Origin: an uncultured Chroococcidiopsis sp.
GTDB lineage: Bacteria; Cyanobacteriota; Cyanobacteriia; Cyanobacteriales; Chroococcidiopsidaceae
Length of the DNA: 64,000 nt
NCBI GenBank assembly: GCA_964248365.1
Contig: CAXTYC010000001.1
Location: forward strand, 1-64,000
Direction of reading: 5' to 3'
How positions within the stretch are numbered: the stretch's first letter is position 1; each line of letters starts with the position of its first letter. A program made the translations under genes and the position numbers. Positions 47,950 to 59,179 of this stretch are shown one piece after another. The notes under the pieces are model-generated. The model ran no database searches and was not told the origin of the DNA. It saw only the letters and a program-made list of their open reading frames with translations.

Positions 47950-48175
47950 GTATAGCAGGGATTTGGGAGTAGGGAGTAGGGTGGGCATTGCCCACCTCTA
48001 ACATAAATATGATAGTGTCACGCAAAGACGCAAAGACGCTAAGAAAGGTGCAAAGAGAAAGTCGCATAGAGTTTAGTATCTTCAAGTAAGGGTTAAAATT
48101 AATCATCTGTTGATTGTGCAAAAACAGCATTTTTCCTATTGCAATGCACACAGAAAATAGATAGAAGGAACGGAT

Positions 48176-48691
48176 ATGCAAGGAAAGATAATTTGGCAGC
48201 AGGGTAGCAACAAGCTTGAAAATCCTAATAATTTCGCCTACATCAGTCAATGGTGGAGTAATTTAGCTAATAAAGATGTTACTTTGGCGCAGCGAATGAT
48301 TCCTCAAACAGGAGAGGTAGATGAGCTTAATTGGGAACCGCAGCGGTTTGATGAAGTTTTTGAGCTCCAAAACCCAGAAATTCGAGGTATTACTCTTTAT
48401 TGGCGTAAACCTAATTCTACCCAGGAGCGTAACACTACACCTTATCAGTTAGTATTGGATACCCGTCATCAGCAGTTGTATATTTTCCCCCAGTCTCAGA
48501 AGCAATTAGTTATGCGTGTGGCGTTACCACAAATTATTTATGAGACGATTGAAATAAAAGATCCTCAGATCGAATATTACAAAGCTTGTGAAAATCATAT
48601 ACTTACTCTACGAGACGCACAGCAAAAAATGGAAGTGAAAGTTACCCTTAGTCCAGATAATTTCAATCAACTAAAGGAACAACTACCCTAG
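48176..48691 (+). CDS. Conserved hypothetical protein
   Basis: 171-aa ORF with AAGGA RBS; no motif recognised. Confidence 0.7.
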   Translation: MQGKIIWQQGSNKLENPNNFAYISQWWSNLANKDVTLAQRMIPQTGEVDELNWEPQRFDEVFELQNPEIRGITLYWRKPNSTQERNTTPYQLVLDTRHQQLYIFPQSQKQLVMRVALPQIIYETIEIKDPQIEYYKACENHILTLRDAQQKMEVKVTLSPDNFNQLKEQLP

Positions 48692-49129
48692 CCTAACAGT
48701 TATCAGTTATCAGTTATCAGTTATCAGTTACCAACTACCAATCACCAACTACCAACTACTAATCACCAACTACCTGTACAGACGTAGCGGGACTCGTCTC
48801 TACCAACTACCGTACGGGCGCACTTTAAACGAGTTATCTGCTCTGTTGAAAAGTTGGGGGAGAGGGGGAAACAGAGTCTCTGTCTTGACTCGCTTGGGGG
48901 GGGCATGGGGTTTTCTCTGGGGATGGGGGGCAGGCGGGGAGACCCCTTGCTAAAAACCCCCCAACTTTTCGCGCCCCTCACCCCCACTTTCCGCTTGTTT
49001 ACAAGTATGTTTGATCAGCCCGCCCCTACCAATTACCAAAAAAATATCTCTCCAACCCACGAGAGAGGGAGACTATAGCTAAATCCTGTTATTATAATCA
49101 ACAAACTTTACGAAACTTAATAAAGTACT

Positions 49130-50032
49130 GTGACAACTGGGCAGATAACACCGACAACATCCTTTGAAAAACTGACTTGGAACTGGAAAGGCTACAAAAT
49201 TCAGTACACAGTTATGGGCAAGGGATGTCCTTTGGTACTAGTGCATGGCTTTGGTGCTTCGATTGGACACTGGCGCAAAAATATCCCAATTCTTGCAGCT
49301 GGTGGCTATCGAGTGTTTGCCATAGATTTACTTGGCTTTGGCGGTTCTGATAAACCACCATTGAATTACACAATGGAATTGTGGGAAGAACTGCTTAAGG
49401 ATTTCTGGACAGCACACATTCAAGAACCTGCTGTATTTATTGGTAACTCAATCGGTGCGCTGTTAAGCCTAATGGTAATGGCAAATCATCCCGAAGTTGC
49501 CGCAGGTGGAGTTTTAATTAGCTGTGCAGGTGGATTAAGTCACCGTCCCCATGAACTCAATCCACCGCTACGCATAGCAATGGGAGCATTTAATCGGCTG
49601 GTGCGTTCTAAGTTGACCGGACGAGTAATATTTAACCGTGTTCGCCAAAAACCACAAATTCGGCGCACTCTACTCCAAGTTTACCGTAACCGTGAAGCTG
49701 TGACTGATGAATTAGTAGATCTGCTATATGCTCCTTCGTGTGACCCTGGAGCGCAGCACGTATTTGCTTCAATTCTAAGTGCCGATCCAGGTCCTACACC
49801 TGCAGATCTGTTGCCTCTTGTCAAGCATCCTCTACTGGTGATTTGGGGTACTGACGATCCCTGGACACCAATTACAGGAGCCTCGCTTTTCCAACAAGCG
49901 AGTGAAAATGGTAAACAAATCCAGATTAAGCCGATACCAAATGCTGGTCACTGTCCCCATGATGAAGTACCAGATGTTGTCAACTCACTAATTTTGCAAT
50001 GGCTGAGTGAGAGGCTAGGGGCTAGGGGCTAG
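49130..50032 (+). CDS. Alpha/beta-fold hydrolase
   Basis: HGFGAS, DLLGFG, GNSIG nucleophile elbow, GHCPHDE. Confidence 0.92.
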   Translation: MTTGQITPTTSFEKLTWNWKGYKIQYTVMGKGCPLVLVHGFGASIGHWRKNIPILAAGGYRVFAIDLLGFGGSDKPPLNYTMELWEELLKDFWTAHIQEPAVFIGNSIGALLSLMVMANHPEVAAGGVLISCAGGLSHRPHELNPPLRIAMGAFNRLVRSKLTGRVIFNRVRQKPQIRRTLLQVYRNREAVTDELVDLLYAPSCDPGAQHVFASILSADPGPTPADLLPLVKHPLLVIWGTDDPWTPITGASLFQQASENGKQIQIKPIPNAGHCPHDEVPDVVNSLILQWLSERLGARG

Positions 50033-50457
50033 GGAGCAGGGGGGCTTGGGGGGAGTTCTTTCAATCCAAAATCCTCTCGCACGAGCGCCTCTTGCCTTTT
50101 ATAAAGGCTCCTAGCCGCTTCTACTTCCCGAATGTGATTTTCTGCCCACTCACAGAGTTTGCATAGTGGCTCAATTAATGTTTCTCCCAGCGGTGTGAGG
50201 GAATACTCAACCATTGGTGGTACGACGGCATATACTTGACGTGCGACAATGCCATCCCTTTCTAAATTACGTAGGGTTTGCGTGAGCATTTTCTGTGATA
50301 TGCCGCTAATTTCCCGCTGTAGCTCACTGTAGCGCTTTTTGCCTTGCGAGAGGCAGTAGATAATGATTGCCGTCCACTTGTTGGCGATTAGATCCAAAAC
50401 CTGCCGTGAAGAGCAGTTAGCGTCTGTGACGCTATTTTTTTGAGTGTTACGCACCAT
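50029..50457 (-). CDS. HxlR-family winged-helix regulator
   Basis: LIANKW, ISQKMLTQTLRNLERDG, PPMVEYSLT. Confidence 0.92.
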   Translation of the reverse strand: MVRNTQKNSVTDANCSSRQVLDLIANKWTAIIIYCLSQGKKRYSELQREISGISQKMLTQTLRNLERDGIVARQVYAVVPPMVEYSLTPLGETLIEPLCKLCEWAENHIREVEAARSLYKRQEALVREDFGLKELPPSPPAP

Positions 50458-50657
50458 AAGGTAAGTATAGCACTTTTAAGTGCCTTCTTGTCAAAAAGAG
50501 AGAATAATTGACATAATCATATAACTACCACGACTTACAAAAATTACCTCGATAATTGGGTAGTTGGTTATTGGTAATTGGTAGTTAGTAACTGCTTTTA
50601 ATTCCGCGCTTTTTGAATTTATCATCTCCCTTTATATACAGAAATACAGGAGCAGTT

Positions 50658-51719
50658 ATGAAACGAGATCTGCAACTGGTATCAAACAGTAATTTTGCTT
50701 CTTCGTGGATGGGATCTGGTGAAGCCAGTTCGCCCCCGAACATCGCTAATGCTGATGAAAAGCTGCTTGATGCCTATTCCCAAGCGGTGATTAATGTAGT
50801 CGAGAAGGTTAGTCCTGCTGTTGTCAATATCGATGTGCAAAGGCAACTGGGAGGTGTAAGGAGGAATAATCAAGCCTCGCAAGAAGTACAAGGTAATGGT
50901 TCTGGTTTTATTTTCACTCCAGACGGTTACATTTTGACTAATAGCCACGTTGTCCATGATGCTACCAAAATTGAGGTTACACTCTCTGATGGTCGCAGTT
51001 ATGCTGCCCAGATGATTGGTGATGATCCTGATACAGATTTGGCGGTGATTAGAATTAATGCGCCGTCCTTGGTAGCGGCGCGTTTGGGTGATTCCGAATC
51101 TTTACAAGTCGGTCAATTAGCGATCGCCATTGGTAATCCCTACGGCTTCCAATGTACAGTTACAACGGGAGTTGTCAGCGCCAAAGGACGTTCATTTCGA
51201 TCTCGGTCAGGTCGGCTAATTGATAATGTTATCCAAACTGATGCTGCCCTCAATCCAGGCAATTCTGGAGGACCACTGGTGACATCTCACGGAGAAGTCA
51301 TGGGCATCAACACAGCTGTAATTATGTCTGCTCAGGGAATCTGTTTTGCTGTACCAATTAATACAGCAAAAACGATTTTGACTTCCCTGATCAAAGATGG
51401 TAAAGTTCAACGTGGGTACGTGGGAATCGGAGGGCAAAACGTGCCTTTACCCCGTCGCGTTGTGCTATTCCATGAATTATCAGTCGAAAGTGGAATTTTG
51501 GTCATCTCAATTGAGAATAATAGCCCAGCTCAAAAAGCAGGGCTGCGAGAAGGAGATGTAATTGTTGGTTTAAGTAATCAACCCATCGCCAGTATTGATG
51601 ACTTGCATAAAGTGTTGACTCATGACAGGGTAGGAGTGCGATCGCCCTTGACAATCATCCGGCGCACTGAAAAACTAGTCCTTGATATTGTCCCGTCACA
51701 CTCGCCTACTAGGGGCTAG
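50658..51719 (+). CDS. HtrA/DegP-family serine protease with PDZ domain
   Basis: GSGFI, LTNSHVV, DLAV, QTDAALNPGNSGGPL; AGGAG RBS before ATG 50658. Confidence 0.93.
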   Translation: MKRDLQLVSNSNFASSWMGSGEASSPPNIANADEKLLDAYSQAVINVVEKVSPAVVNIDVQRQLGGVRRNNQASQEVQGNGSGFIFTPDGYILTNSHVVHDATKIEVTLSDGRSYAAQMIGDDPDTDLAVIRINAPSLVAARLGDSESLQVGQLAIAIGNPYGFQCTVTTGVVSAKGRSFRSRSGRLIDNVIQTDAALNPGNSGGPLVTSHGEVMGINTAVIMSAQGICFAVPINTAKTILTSLIKDGKVQRGYVGIGGQNVPLPRRVVLFHELSVESGILVISIENNSPAQKAGLREGDVIVGLSNQPIASIDDLHKVLTHDRVGVRSPLTIIRRTEKLVLDIVPSHSPTRG

Positions 51720-51987
51720 GGAAATCAATTACCAGTTACCAGTTACCAGTTAAAAGAAAAGGGTAAAGGGAAAGGGGAAAAGGGTAAAGGGAAAACAATT
51801 ATCAATTATCAATTGTTCATTACTCATTGATAATTGTTTATTGTTGATTGATAATTGCTCCCCCTCTCCCCAAATGGCGGATACGTCGGGCAATAATTGG
51901 AGTAGAGCAAAAGTGCATTAGCTAATCAAAAGTCGCAACACTTAAGGCAAGTTGCTCTAGAACTCATATATCGCAAACAAAGTCAAT

Positions 51988-53001
51988 ATGAGGAATTTTA
52001 GCACTGCGATCGCCTCTGTCTGCTTGTTCGTTACATTAGCGATCGCGCAAGCTCGTAACGCAATAAAGTTAGAAAAGGGAATGGAATCTAAATTTCTGGT
52101 TCAATTACCCAACCGCAAGGAAAATAAAGAAATTAGAGCGATCGCACCTGTCTCAATCCTCCCTACTAGGGGGGACACAAGGGGGGTTGAAAGGTTAGCT
52201 ACAGGCTTAAAGTTTACCGAAGGACCACTGTGGAACGTGGGTTTTTTACTCTTTAGTGATATACCAGCAGACACTCTATATAAATTAACTGCAAACGGTA
52301 AGTTGGAAGTATTCCGCCATCCAGCCGGAAAACCCAACGGTAACACCCTCGACCAAGCAGGACGACTCGTTACAGCCCAGCACGATCGCCGCGTTACCCG
52401 TACTGAGAGAAATGGTAAAATCGTTACCCTAGCAAGCCAGTACAAAGGCAAGAAACTCAATAGCCCTAACGATATTGTTGTTAAATCGGATGGTAGCATT
52501 TATTTCACTGACCCACCCTACGGCGTTAGTAAAGAAGCAGAGGAGCTAGGCTTCTATGGAGTTTATCAAATAAATCGGAATGGAAAGTTAATCTTACTTG
52601 TCAAAGACATTGAACGCCCTAACGGACTTGCCTTCTCACCAGATGAGAAAAAGCTGTACATAAATGATTCCCAAGAAGGTAACATCCGCGTCTTTGATGT
52701 AAAAGCAGATGGCACTCTAGAAAACGGACGTGTCTTTGCAGACATGAAAGTCCCAGGTCAAGAACCTTTAGCCGATGGCATGAAGGTAGACTTGCAAGGC
52801 AACGTCTATTCTACAGGGCCAGAAGGTATCTGGATCTTCTCACCACAAGGTAAATTGCTAGGCAAGATTTTCTTACCGGAAAATCCCACTAATATAGCTT
52901 GGGGCGATAAAGACTACAAGACTCTCTACATTACCACATATACAAGCATTTATCGCATTCGTCTGAAAATTCCAGGTATTAGACCAGGCACAAGGGAGTA
53001 G
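51988..53001 (+). CDS. SMP-30/gluconolactonase family protein
   Basis: FTEGPLW, LNSPND, PNGLAFSPD, DGMKVD. Confidence 0.92.
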   Translation: MRNFSTAIASVCLFVTLAIAQARNAIKLEKGMESKFLVQLPNRKENKEIRAIAPVSILPTRGDTRGVERLATGLKFTEGPLWNVGFLLFSDIPADTLYKLTANGKLEVFRHPAGKPNGNTLDQAGRLVTAQHDRRVTRTERNGKIVTLASQYKGKKLNSPNDIVVKSDGSIYFTDPPYGVSKEAEELGFYGVYQINRNGKLILLVKDIERPNGLAFSPDEKKLYINDSQEGNIRVFDVKADGTLENGRVFADMKVPGQEPLADGMKVDLQGNVYSTGPEGIWIFSPQGKLLGKIFLPENPTNIAWGDKDYKTLYITTYTSIYRIRLKIPGIRPGTRE

Positions 53002-53172
53002 GGAGCAGGGGGAGCAGGGGAATCAGGGGAGAAAACAACCATTTGCGCCTCTAGCTATAGCGCCTCTAGCCACTGATTAAGGAGTAATCACCCTTGTGGA
53101 GGAGTGATGAAAAGTCAGTGGCAACAAGGATCAAAATAGGAACACACTTTTTAGCACACTGACACGCTTCTA

Positions 53173-54609
53173 ATGCACACAACTAGCAAACTGTCAACAA
53201 AAAAAGCTTGGGCAAAAGCGATCGCCTCTCCCGCCGCCGAATTTCCCCCTACTTCGCTACCAATCCTTGCTGGTGAAATTCCTCCTCGCTTGCGTGGCAC
53301 TCTCTATCGTAATGGTCCGGCACGATTAGAACGCGGCGGGATACGGATGGGACATTGGTTTGATGGTGATGGTGCAATTCTCGCAGTGCATTTCACGGGG
53401 GGATCGGCAGCCACTGGACTATACCGCTACGTGCAAACAACTGGATACCAAAAGGAAGCAGCGCATGATCAACTTTTATACGGCAACTATGGCATGACCG
53501 CCCCAGGATTGTTTTGGAATAAATGGTTCAAAGCAATCAAGAATGTAGCTAATACCTCAGTTTTGGCTCTACCAGATAAACTTTTAGCATTGTGGGAAGG
53601 TGGTAAACCCTATGCCCTAGATCTACAATCTTTGGAAACTAGAGGAGAAGATGACTTATCTGGGTTGGATAACATCTTACCTTATTCCGCTCACTACAAA
53701 CGCGATCCCCATACTGGCGAAATATTTAACTTTGGCATTACCCCTGGAATCAATGCCCAGTTGAATTTGTATAAGAGCGATCCCACAGGTAAAATTATCC
53801 AAAAAGCCTCATTCTCCCTTGAAGGTATTCCCGTCGTGCATGATTTTGTCATGGCTGGGCAGTACCTGATATTTTTCGTTCCTCCAGTGCGGTTAAATGC
53901 GCTACCAGTACTCATGGGTTTGAGCAGCTATAGTGACTCTTTAGAATGGCAACCTCAGTTAGGTACTCAGTTTCTCGTTTTTGACCGCGAAACCTTCTCT
54001 CTTGTTAGTCGTGGTGAAACCCAACCTTGGTATCAATGGCATTTCGCCAATGGTTATGTAGATACCAGTGGTTCAGTAATTGTCGATTTGGTGCGCTATG
54101 AAGACTTTCAGACCAATCAGCATCTCAAGGAAGTGGCAACAGGTCAAACCCATACTCCTGCTAATAGCACATTATCGCGGATAACCTTGGAGCCTCAATC
54201 TGGGAAAGTAAAAGCAATTGAGCAAGTTTTAGACAGAGATTGTGAGTTTCCTATTATACCACAACATTTGACAGGACAAGCATCGCGTTATACCTATCTT
54301 TCAGTACATCGGCAAGGCGCGGACACTAGCGAGGAAATGTATGGAGCGATCGCACGATATGATCGTCAAACTGAAAATCTCACAATCGCTGATATGGGCG
54401 CTCATCGCTATCCGATGGAACCAATATATGCCCCAGATCCTCAAAATCCAGACAAAGGTTGGATTGTAACTGTTGTTTATGATGGCAATATAGATCAAAG
54501 TGAGGTGGTGGTGTTAGATAGCGATCGCCTCGATGAATCTCCTGTTTGTCGGTTGGGATTACCTAGTGTTGTACCGATGGGTTTTCATGGTACTTGGCGA
54601 CAAGCGTAA
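53173..54609 (+). CDS. Carotenoid oxygenase family protein
   Basis: GTLYRNGP, HWFDGDG, SAH, HDF, EFP, GFHG. Confidence 0.92.
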   Translation: MHTTSKLSTKKAWAKAIASPAAEFPPTSLPILAGEIPPRLRGTLYRNGPARLERGGIRMGHWFDGDGAILAVHFTGGSAATGLYRYVQTTGYQKEAAHDQLLYGNYGMTAPGLFWNKWFKAIKNVANTSVLALPDKLLALWEGGKPYALDLQSLETRGEDDLSGLDNILPYSAHYKRDPHTGEIFNFGITPGINAQLNLYKSDPTGKIIQKASFSLEGIPVVHDFVMAGQYLIFFVPPVRLNALPVLMGLSSYSDSLEWQPQLGTQFLVFDRETFSLVSRGETQPWYQWHFANGYVDTSGSVIVDLVRYEDFQTNQHLKEVATGQTHTPANSTLSRITLEPQSGKVKAIEQVLDRDCEFPIIPQHLTGQASRYTYLSVHRQGADTSEEMYGAIARYDRQTENLTIADMGAHRYPMEPIYAPDPQNPDKGWIVTVVYDGNIDQSEVVVLDSDRLDESPVCRLGLPSVVPMGFHGTWRQA

Positions 54610-54709
54610 AGTTTATTGGATTTAGTGTCACGCAAAGACGCAAAGGCGCAAAGATTTTGTTAGTGTCTTTGCGTGAGACATTAATTTCCCAGAAGGAAGT
54701 ATAAGATTC

Positions 54710-55279
54710 ATGGCTTATTACTGGTTTAAAGCGTTTCATTTAGTTGGGATTGTTGTTTGGTTTGCTGGGTTGTTTTACCTGGTGCGTCTGTTTATCTATC
54801 ATGTTGAAGCTAATGAACAGCCCGAACCAGCTCGTTCGATTCTCAAAAATCAGTATCAGCTGATGGAACAACGGTTATACAGTATCATTACTACGCCTGG
54901 AATGTTGGTGACGATAGCGATGGCGATTGGTTTAATCACTACTGAGCCTGATGTTCTAAAGCAGGGTTGGTTACATTTCAAGCTGGCGTTTGTCCTGGCT
55001 TTGATTGGTTATCATCATTACTGTAAGCGACTGATGAAGCAGCTGGCAAAAGATGAGTGTGGTTGGAGTAGTCAGCAGCTAAGAGCTTTGAATGAAGCGC
55101 CTACCTTAATGCTAGTGGCGATCGTTTTGTTAGCTGTATTTAAGAATAATTTACCTACAGATATCACTGCTTGGGTGATTGTAGGCATGATAGTTGCAAT
55201 GGCAGCAAGTATTCAGTTATACGCCAGAAAACGCAGATTGGACAAAGAAAGGCTCTTGACAGAAGTACCACAGGAATAA
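54710..55279 (+). CDS. hemJ: Protoporphyrinogen oxidase HemJ
   Basis: WFKAFH..WFAGLFYLVRLFIYH, WLHFKL, RALNEAPT. Confidence 0.92.
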   Translation: MAYYWFKAFHLVGIVVWFAGLFYLVRLFIYHVEANEQPEPARSILKNQYQLMEQRLYSIITTPGMLVTIAMAIGLITTEPDVLKQGWLHFKLAFVLALIGYHHYCKRLMKQLAKDECGWSSQQLRALNEAPTLMLVAIVLLAVFKNNLPTDITAWVIVGMIVAMAASIQLYARKRRLDKERLLTEVPQE

Positions 55280-55307
55280 CCGTAGGGTGGGCATTGCCCA
55301 CCTTATT

Positions 55308-55699
55308 TTATATTTGCTGTATATGCTGCTTTAAAAGCAAAGAAAGTTCTTCCTTACTCATCTCCCCTTGCGCTACTTGGATCACCGTGTTGTAAGATTC
55401 CTCGTTAGAAAGAGCTAGGTTATACCCATTCAGACGCAAAAACGCTTCCATCGCACCATAGGCTGTACGTTTGTTGCCATCCAAAAACGGATGGTTTTTT
55501 GCCAGGTGATAAAGGTAAGCAGCTGCTTGCTGATGAATTGTAGGATGCAGTAGCTCACCAAAGAATGACGCTTTGGGCTGGGAAACAGCAGATTCTAGCA
55601 ATCCCTGTCTCTCACGCCAGACATTCCACCCAACAGTTCAATCAGAATTTGATGAATGTCAAGCACGTCAGCTATTTCTAAAAATTTAGGAGTCTGCAA
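55308..55699 (-). pseudogene. Doc/Fic-family toxin with a 1-bp frameshift near 55604
   Basis: HPFLDGNKRT motif; the N-terminus (TTG 55699, QTPKFLEIADVLDIHQ..GGMSGVRD) is out of frame with LLESAVSQP. Confidence 0.8.
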
Positions 55700-55874
55700 G
55701 GCGCTGGTAAACCTCCTTGCGTTCTTCTAGAGAAGCTAAAAAAGCTTGAACTGCTTTAGTATGGGTTTTTTCTTGTGGCTTCACCTTCAAAGAGCGTACC
55801 AATGCTAGCACCTCTTCTAACAAGGGTTCTGGTACTTGCTCAATTTCTTTAATAATTTGTTCTTTAGTATTCAT
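55686..55874 (-). CDS. Small antitoxin (DUF2281-like)
   Basis: KEQIIKEIEQVPEPLLEEVL..EVYQRLADS; overlaps the Doc start. Confidence 0.7.
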   Translation of the reverse strand: MNTKEQIIKEIEQVPEPLLEEVLALVRSLKVKPQEKTHTKAVQAFLASLEERKEVYQRLADS

Positions 55875-56014
55875 AGTCCCCCATCCAATGTTGGTATGCC
55901 ACCCATGCCCACCTATACAATCTATCTATACCTATTATCCCCCTCCCCTCCACACGACTTCAATCACAAAAATCTATAATTAAAAGTTGGAAAGCTCTTT
56001 GTCCGTAAATCCTG

Positions 56015-57361
56015 ATGACCACTTCTAACCGCCGCTACCACATCACCACCTTCGGATGCCAGATGAACAAAGCCGACTCGGAGCGGATGGCTGGTATCAT
56101 AGAAGATCTGGGCTTTGAGTGGTCGGAAGACCCGAATAATGCAGATTTAATCCTCTACAACACCTGTACGATTCGGGATAATGCCGAGCAAAAGGTTTAT
56201 TCCTACCTGGGACGACAAGCAAAGCGCAAGCAAGAACAGCCTGGTTTAACTTTAGTGGTTGCTGGTTGTGTTGCTCAGCAAGAAGGAGAAGCGCTGCTGC
56301 GACGAATACCAGAATTAGATTTGGTAATGGGACCACAACACGCAAACCGTCTGCAAGATTTGCTCGAACAGGTGTTTGACGGTAATCAGGTGGTAGCAAC
56401 AGAACCAATTCATATTGTCGAAGATATCACTAAACCCCGTCGTGACAGCAAGGTAACGGCTTGGGTAAATGTGATTTATGGTTGCAATGAGCGCTGTACC
56501 TACTGCGTTGTTCCCAGTGTACGCGGCGTGGAACAATCTCGCACACCAGAAGCAATTCGTGCAGAGATGGAAGAATTGGGACGACAGGGATATAAAGAAG
56601 TAACCTTACTCGGTCAGAATATTGATGCTTATGGTCGGGATTTGCCAGGAGTGACACCAGAGGGACGGCATCAGCACACACTGACAGATTTACTGTACTA
56701 TGTGCATGATGTGCCAGGAATTGAGCGAATTCGGTTTGCTACGAGTCACCCGCGTTATTTTACCGAACGTCTAATTCGAGCTTGTGCCGAGTTACCAAAG
56801 GTGTGCGAGTATTTTCATATTCCCTTTCAGTCAGGGGATAACGAGGTGCTAAAGCGCATGGCGCGGGGATACACTCATGAGAAATATCGCCGGATTATTG
56901 ATACAATTCGTCGATATATGCCGGATGCGTCAATTAGTGCTGATGCCATTGTTGCTTTTCCTGGGGAAACCGACGAGCAATTTGAAAATACATTGCGGTT
57001 AGTTGACGATATTGGTTTTGATCATCTCAATACTGCTGCTTATTCACCTCGTCCAGGCACACCAGCAGCCCTATGGGAGAATCAATTGAGTGAGGAAGTT
57101 AAGAGCGATCGCCTACAACAATTAAATCACCTGGTTGCAACAAAAGCAGCTAAAGCGTCGCAGCGTTATCTCGGACGCATCGAACAAGTTTTGGTAGAAG
57201 ACCAAAATCCCAAAGATCCCCATCAAGTAATGGGAAGAACACGCGGCAATCGTCTCACTTTTTTTAACGGTAATATAGACGGGCTAAAGGGTCAATTAGT
57301 AACAGTTAAAATTACTTCTGTTCGGGCTTTTAGCTTGACAGGTGAGCAGTCACCAAGGTAG
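56015..57361 (+). CDS. miaB: tRNA-2-methylthio-N6-dimethylallyladenosine synthase
   Basis: [22 protein letters not shown], radical [16 protein letters not shown] domain. Confidence 0.96.
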   Translation: MTTSNRRYHITTFGCQMNKADSERMAGIIEDLGFEWSEDPNNADLILYNTCTIRDNAEQKVYSYLGRQAKRKQEQPGLTLVVAGCVAQQEGEALLRRIPELDLVMGPQHANRLQDLLEQVFDGNQVVATEPIHIVEDITKPRRDSKVTAWVNVIYGCNERCTYCVVPSVRGVEQSRTPEAIRAEMEELGRQGYKEVTLLGQNIDAYGRDLPGVTPEGRHQHTLTDLLYYVHDVPGIERIRFATSHPRYFTERLIRACAELPKVCEYFHIPFQSGDNEVLKRMARGYTHEKYRRIIDTIRRYMPDASISADAIVAFPGETDEQFENTLRLVDDIGFDHLNTAAYSPRPGTPAALWENQLSEEVKSDRLQQLNHLVATKAAKASQRYLGRIEQVLVEDQNPKDPHQVMGRTRGNRLTFFNGNIDGLKGQLVTVKITSVRAFSLTGEQSPR

Positions 57362-57395
57362 TGTTAGACCCATTACCTAAAGGAGACTTAATCCT

Positions 57396-58250
57396 ATGCC
57401 TCTTAACAAGAAATATTTGGGAATAGTAGGAATATTAACCCTACTATTCCTGGCAATATCTACAATTGGCTGGTTTGCGATCGGTCAGATTACTCTGATT
57501 TTTTCTCTAGTATTAATGCTTGGAATATTAACGGCAATCCAACTTACAATTTATCAAAAAAACCAGGAAAGCTTGCAAAAGTTGAGTCAAAACTTGAGTC
57601 AACATTTTAGTCAAGAAAGCAATAATAATTATAAACAAATAGAAGCACTGTTTTCAGTATATTCCGTATTAAACAACTCTCAACCATTACCGCCTATGAG
57701 GGGTTGGGCAATTTCCCCAGATTTTGCCAATATAGTTATTAATTTAATATCCGAGAAAAAACCCCAGGTAATTGTAGAACTAGGAAGTGGTGTATCAACT
57801 ATAATTTCTGCCTACTGCCTTAAAAGTATTGGTGGGGGTAAAGTCATATCAATCGATCAGGATAAAGAATATGCCGAAATTACAAATCAAAATTTAGCTA
57901 AACATGGATTACAAGATGTTGCCCAGGTACATTATGCACCACTTAAAGAAGTAGAAATAAACAACAAAAAGTGGTTTTGGTATGATACTGCAACACTTAA
58001 GGAAATTAACAATATTGATATACTAATCGTTGATGGACCCAAGCAAGCAGGACAGCAAGAAAAATTAGTACGATATCCAGCACTGCCAATTCTATTTGAA
58101 TACTTAAGCAATAATCCAGTCATTATTCTTGATGACGCTGACAGAGAAGATGAAAGAAAGATTGCACAATTGTGGATAAAAGAGTTTAATAGTTTTAAAA
58201 TGGAAAATATTAGTACTGAGAAAGGTACAACTATATTAAGTAAAAGTTAG
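57396..58250 (+). CDS. Membrane-anchored class I SAM-dependent methyltransferase
   Basis: Two N-terminal TM helices; IVELGSGVST, LIVDGP, IILDD. Confidence 0.8.
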   Translation: MPLNKKYLGIVGILTLLFLAISTIGWFAIGQITLIFSLVLMLGILTAIQLTIYQKNQESLQKLSQNLSQHFSQESNNNYKQIEALFSVYSVLNNSQPLPPMRGWAISPDFANIVINLISEKKPQVIVELGSGVSTIISAYCLKSIGGGKVISIDQDKEYAEITNQNLAKHGLQDVAQVHYAPLKEVEINNKKWFWYDTATLKEINNIDILIVDGPKQAGQQEKLVRYPALPILFEYLSNNPVIILDDADREDERKIAQLWIKEFNSFKMENISTEKGTTILSKS

Positions 58251-58439
58251 ATTCGGCATTTTAACCAACTTGAGCGCTAGAATTGGTTTGAGATGTTTAG
58301 TATTCTGCCGCCCCTTCAGGCAGAGCATTATATGATTTTTGTTCACAAGTTGGGCAAATTGTCAACGACAATTACGACAAATTTAACAAGTGAACTGCAA
58401 AGCAATGCGATAAAACTATAGTCCCCAAGTCCTTTGTAT

Positions 58440-58890
58440 TACCAATCTTTTTCAATGACACTGCCGTAATATATTAAAAGGTCAAAAATATCAGTATGAA
58501 AATCGGCATATTTTCTTTCACCATCTTTTTTAATTTGAAAGTCAATTATGTCAGCTTCTATTTCATTAACCCTTTCAGAATCAATCATAAACTATTTGAT
58601 TTCATCACACTTAGAAAAAACTATACGATAGCTTAATTTATCTATTGGATGATAAAGGAAGTATATTATTACAGTTTCTCCCCATTGTGTAAAGTTGATA
58701 TCAGTAATTAAAGATGTAAAGCTCTCTAATCCGAGAAAGTTAAACCCATCAACTATTTTCTTCTTTCCTTCTGAAAAATTTACATATTCAGCTATAACTT
58801 TACTCCTTTTAAAAATGATGAATTTATCTAAATCTTGAACACCAGGTATTGGATTACTACTTGCATATTGTGTTGCTATTTCTCCTGTTC
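58440..58890 (-). pseudogene. AT-rich degraded ORF of unknown function
   Basis: Long minus-strand frame (..FTQWGETVIIYFLY..SKCDEIK*FMIDSE..EKDW*) with one internal TAG and no clear start. Confidence 0.35.
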
Positions 58891-59179
58891 ATAGCACGTA
58901 GCGAAAACCTTTATTTATTCTCTGGCTACCTTTTTTCGTTGTTCCAAATGTTTTTATATAATTAACTAAGCTAGTGGTTGAATTGAATTTTATTTTTCCT
59001 GTTGCTTATCTTTTGCACTTTTTCTTTACTTTAATCTTGCCCCAATCCCTTCTAAAGTAGGCCACCCACGCCCACCGAATTTTGTAATGGTGGGCGTGGG
59101 TGGCATACGCTATTAGCTCGAAATTTATTTCCAAGGCTGCTGATAAAAAACTCAAAAATAGAAACAGCAAAGAAACCAA

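Noticed and set aside
48699..49080. ORFs 48763-48987 and 48854-49078
   Set aside because: The region is a composite of STRR and GTAG-REP/SDR repeats; translations are low-complexity
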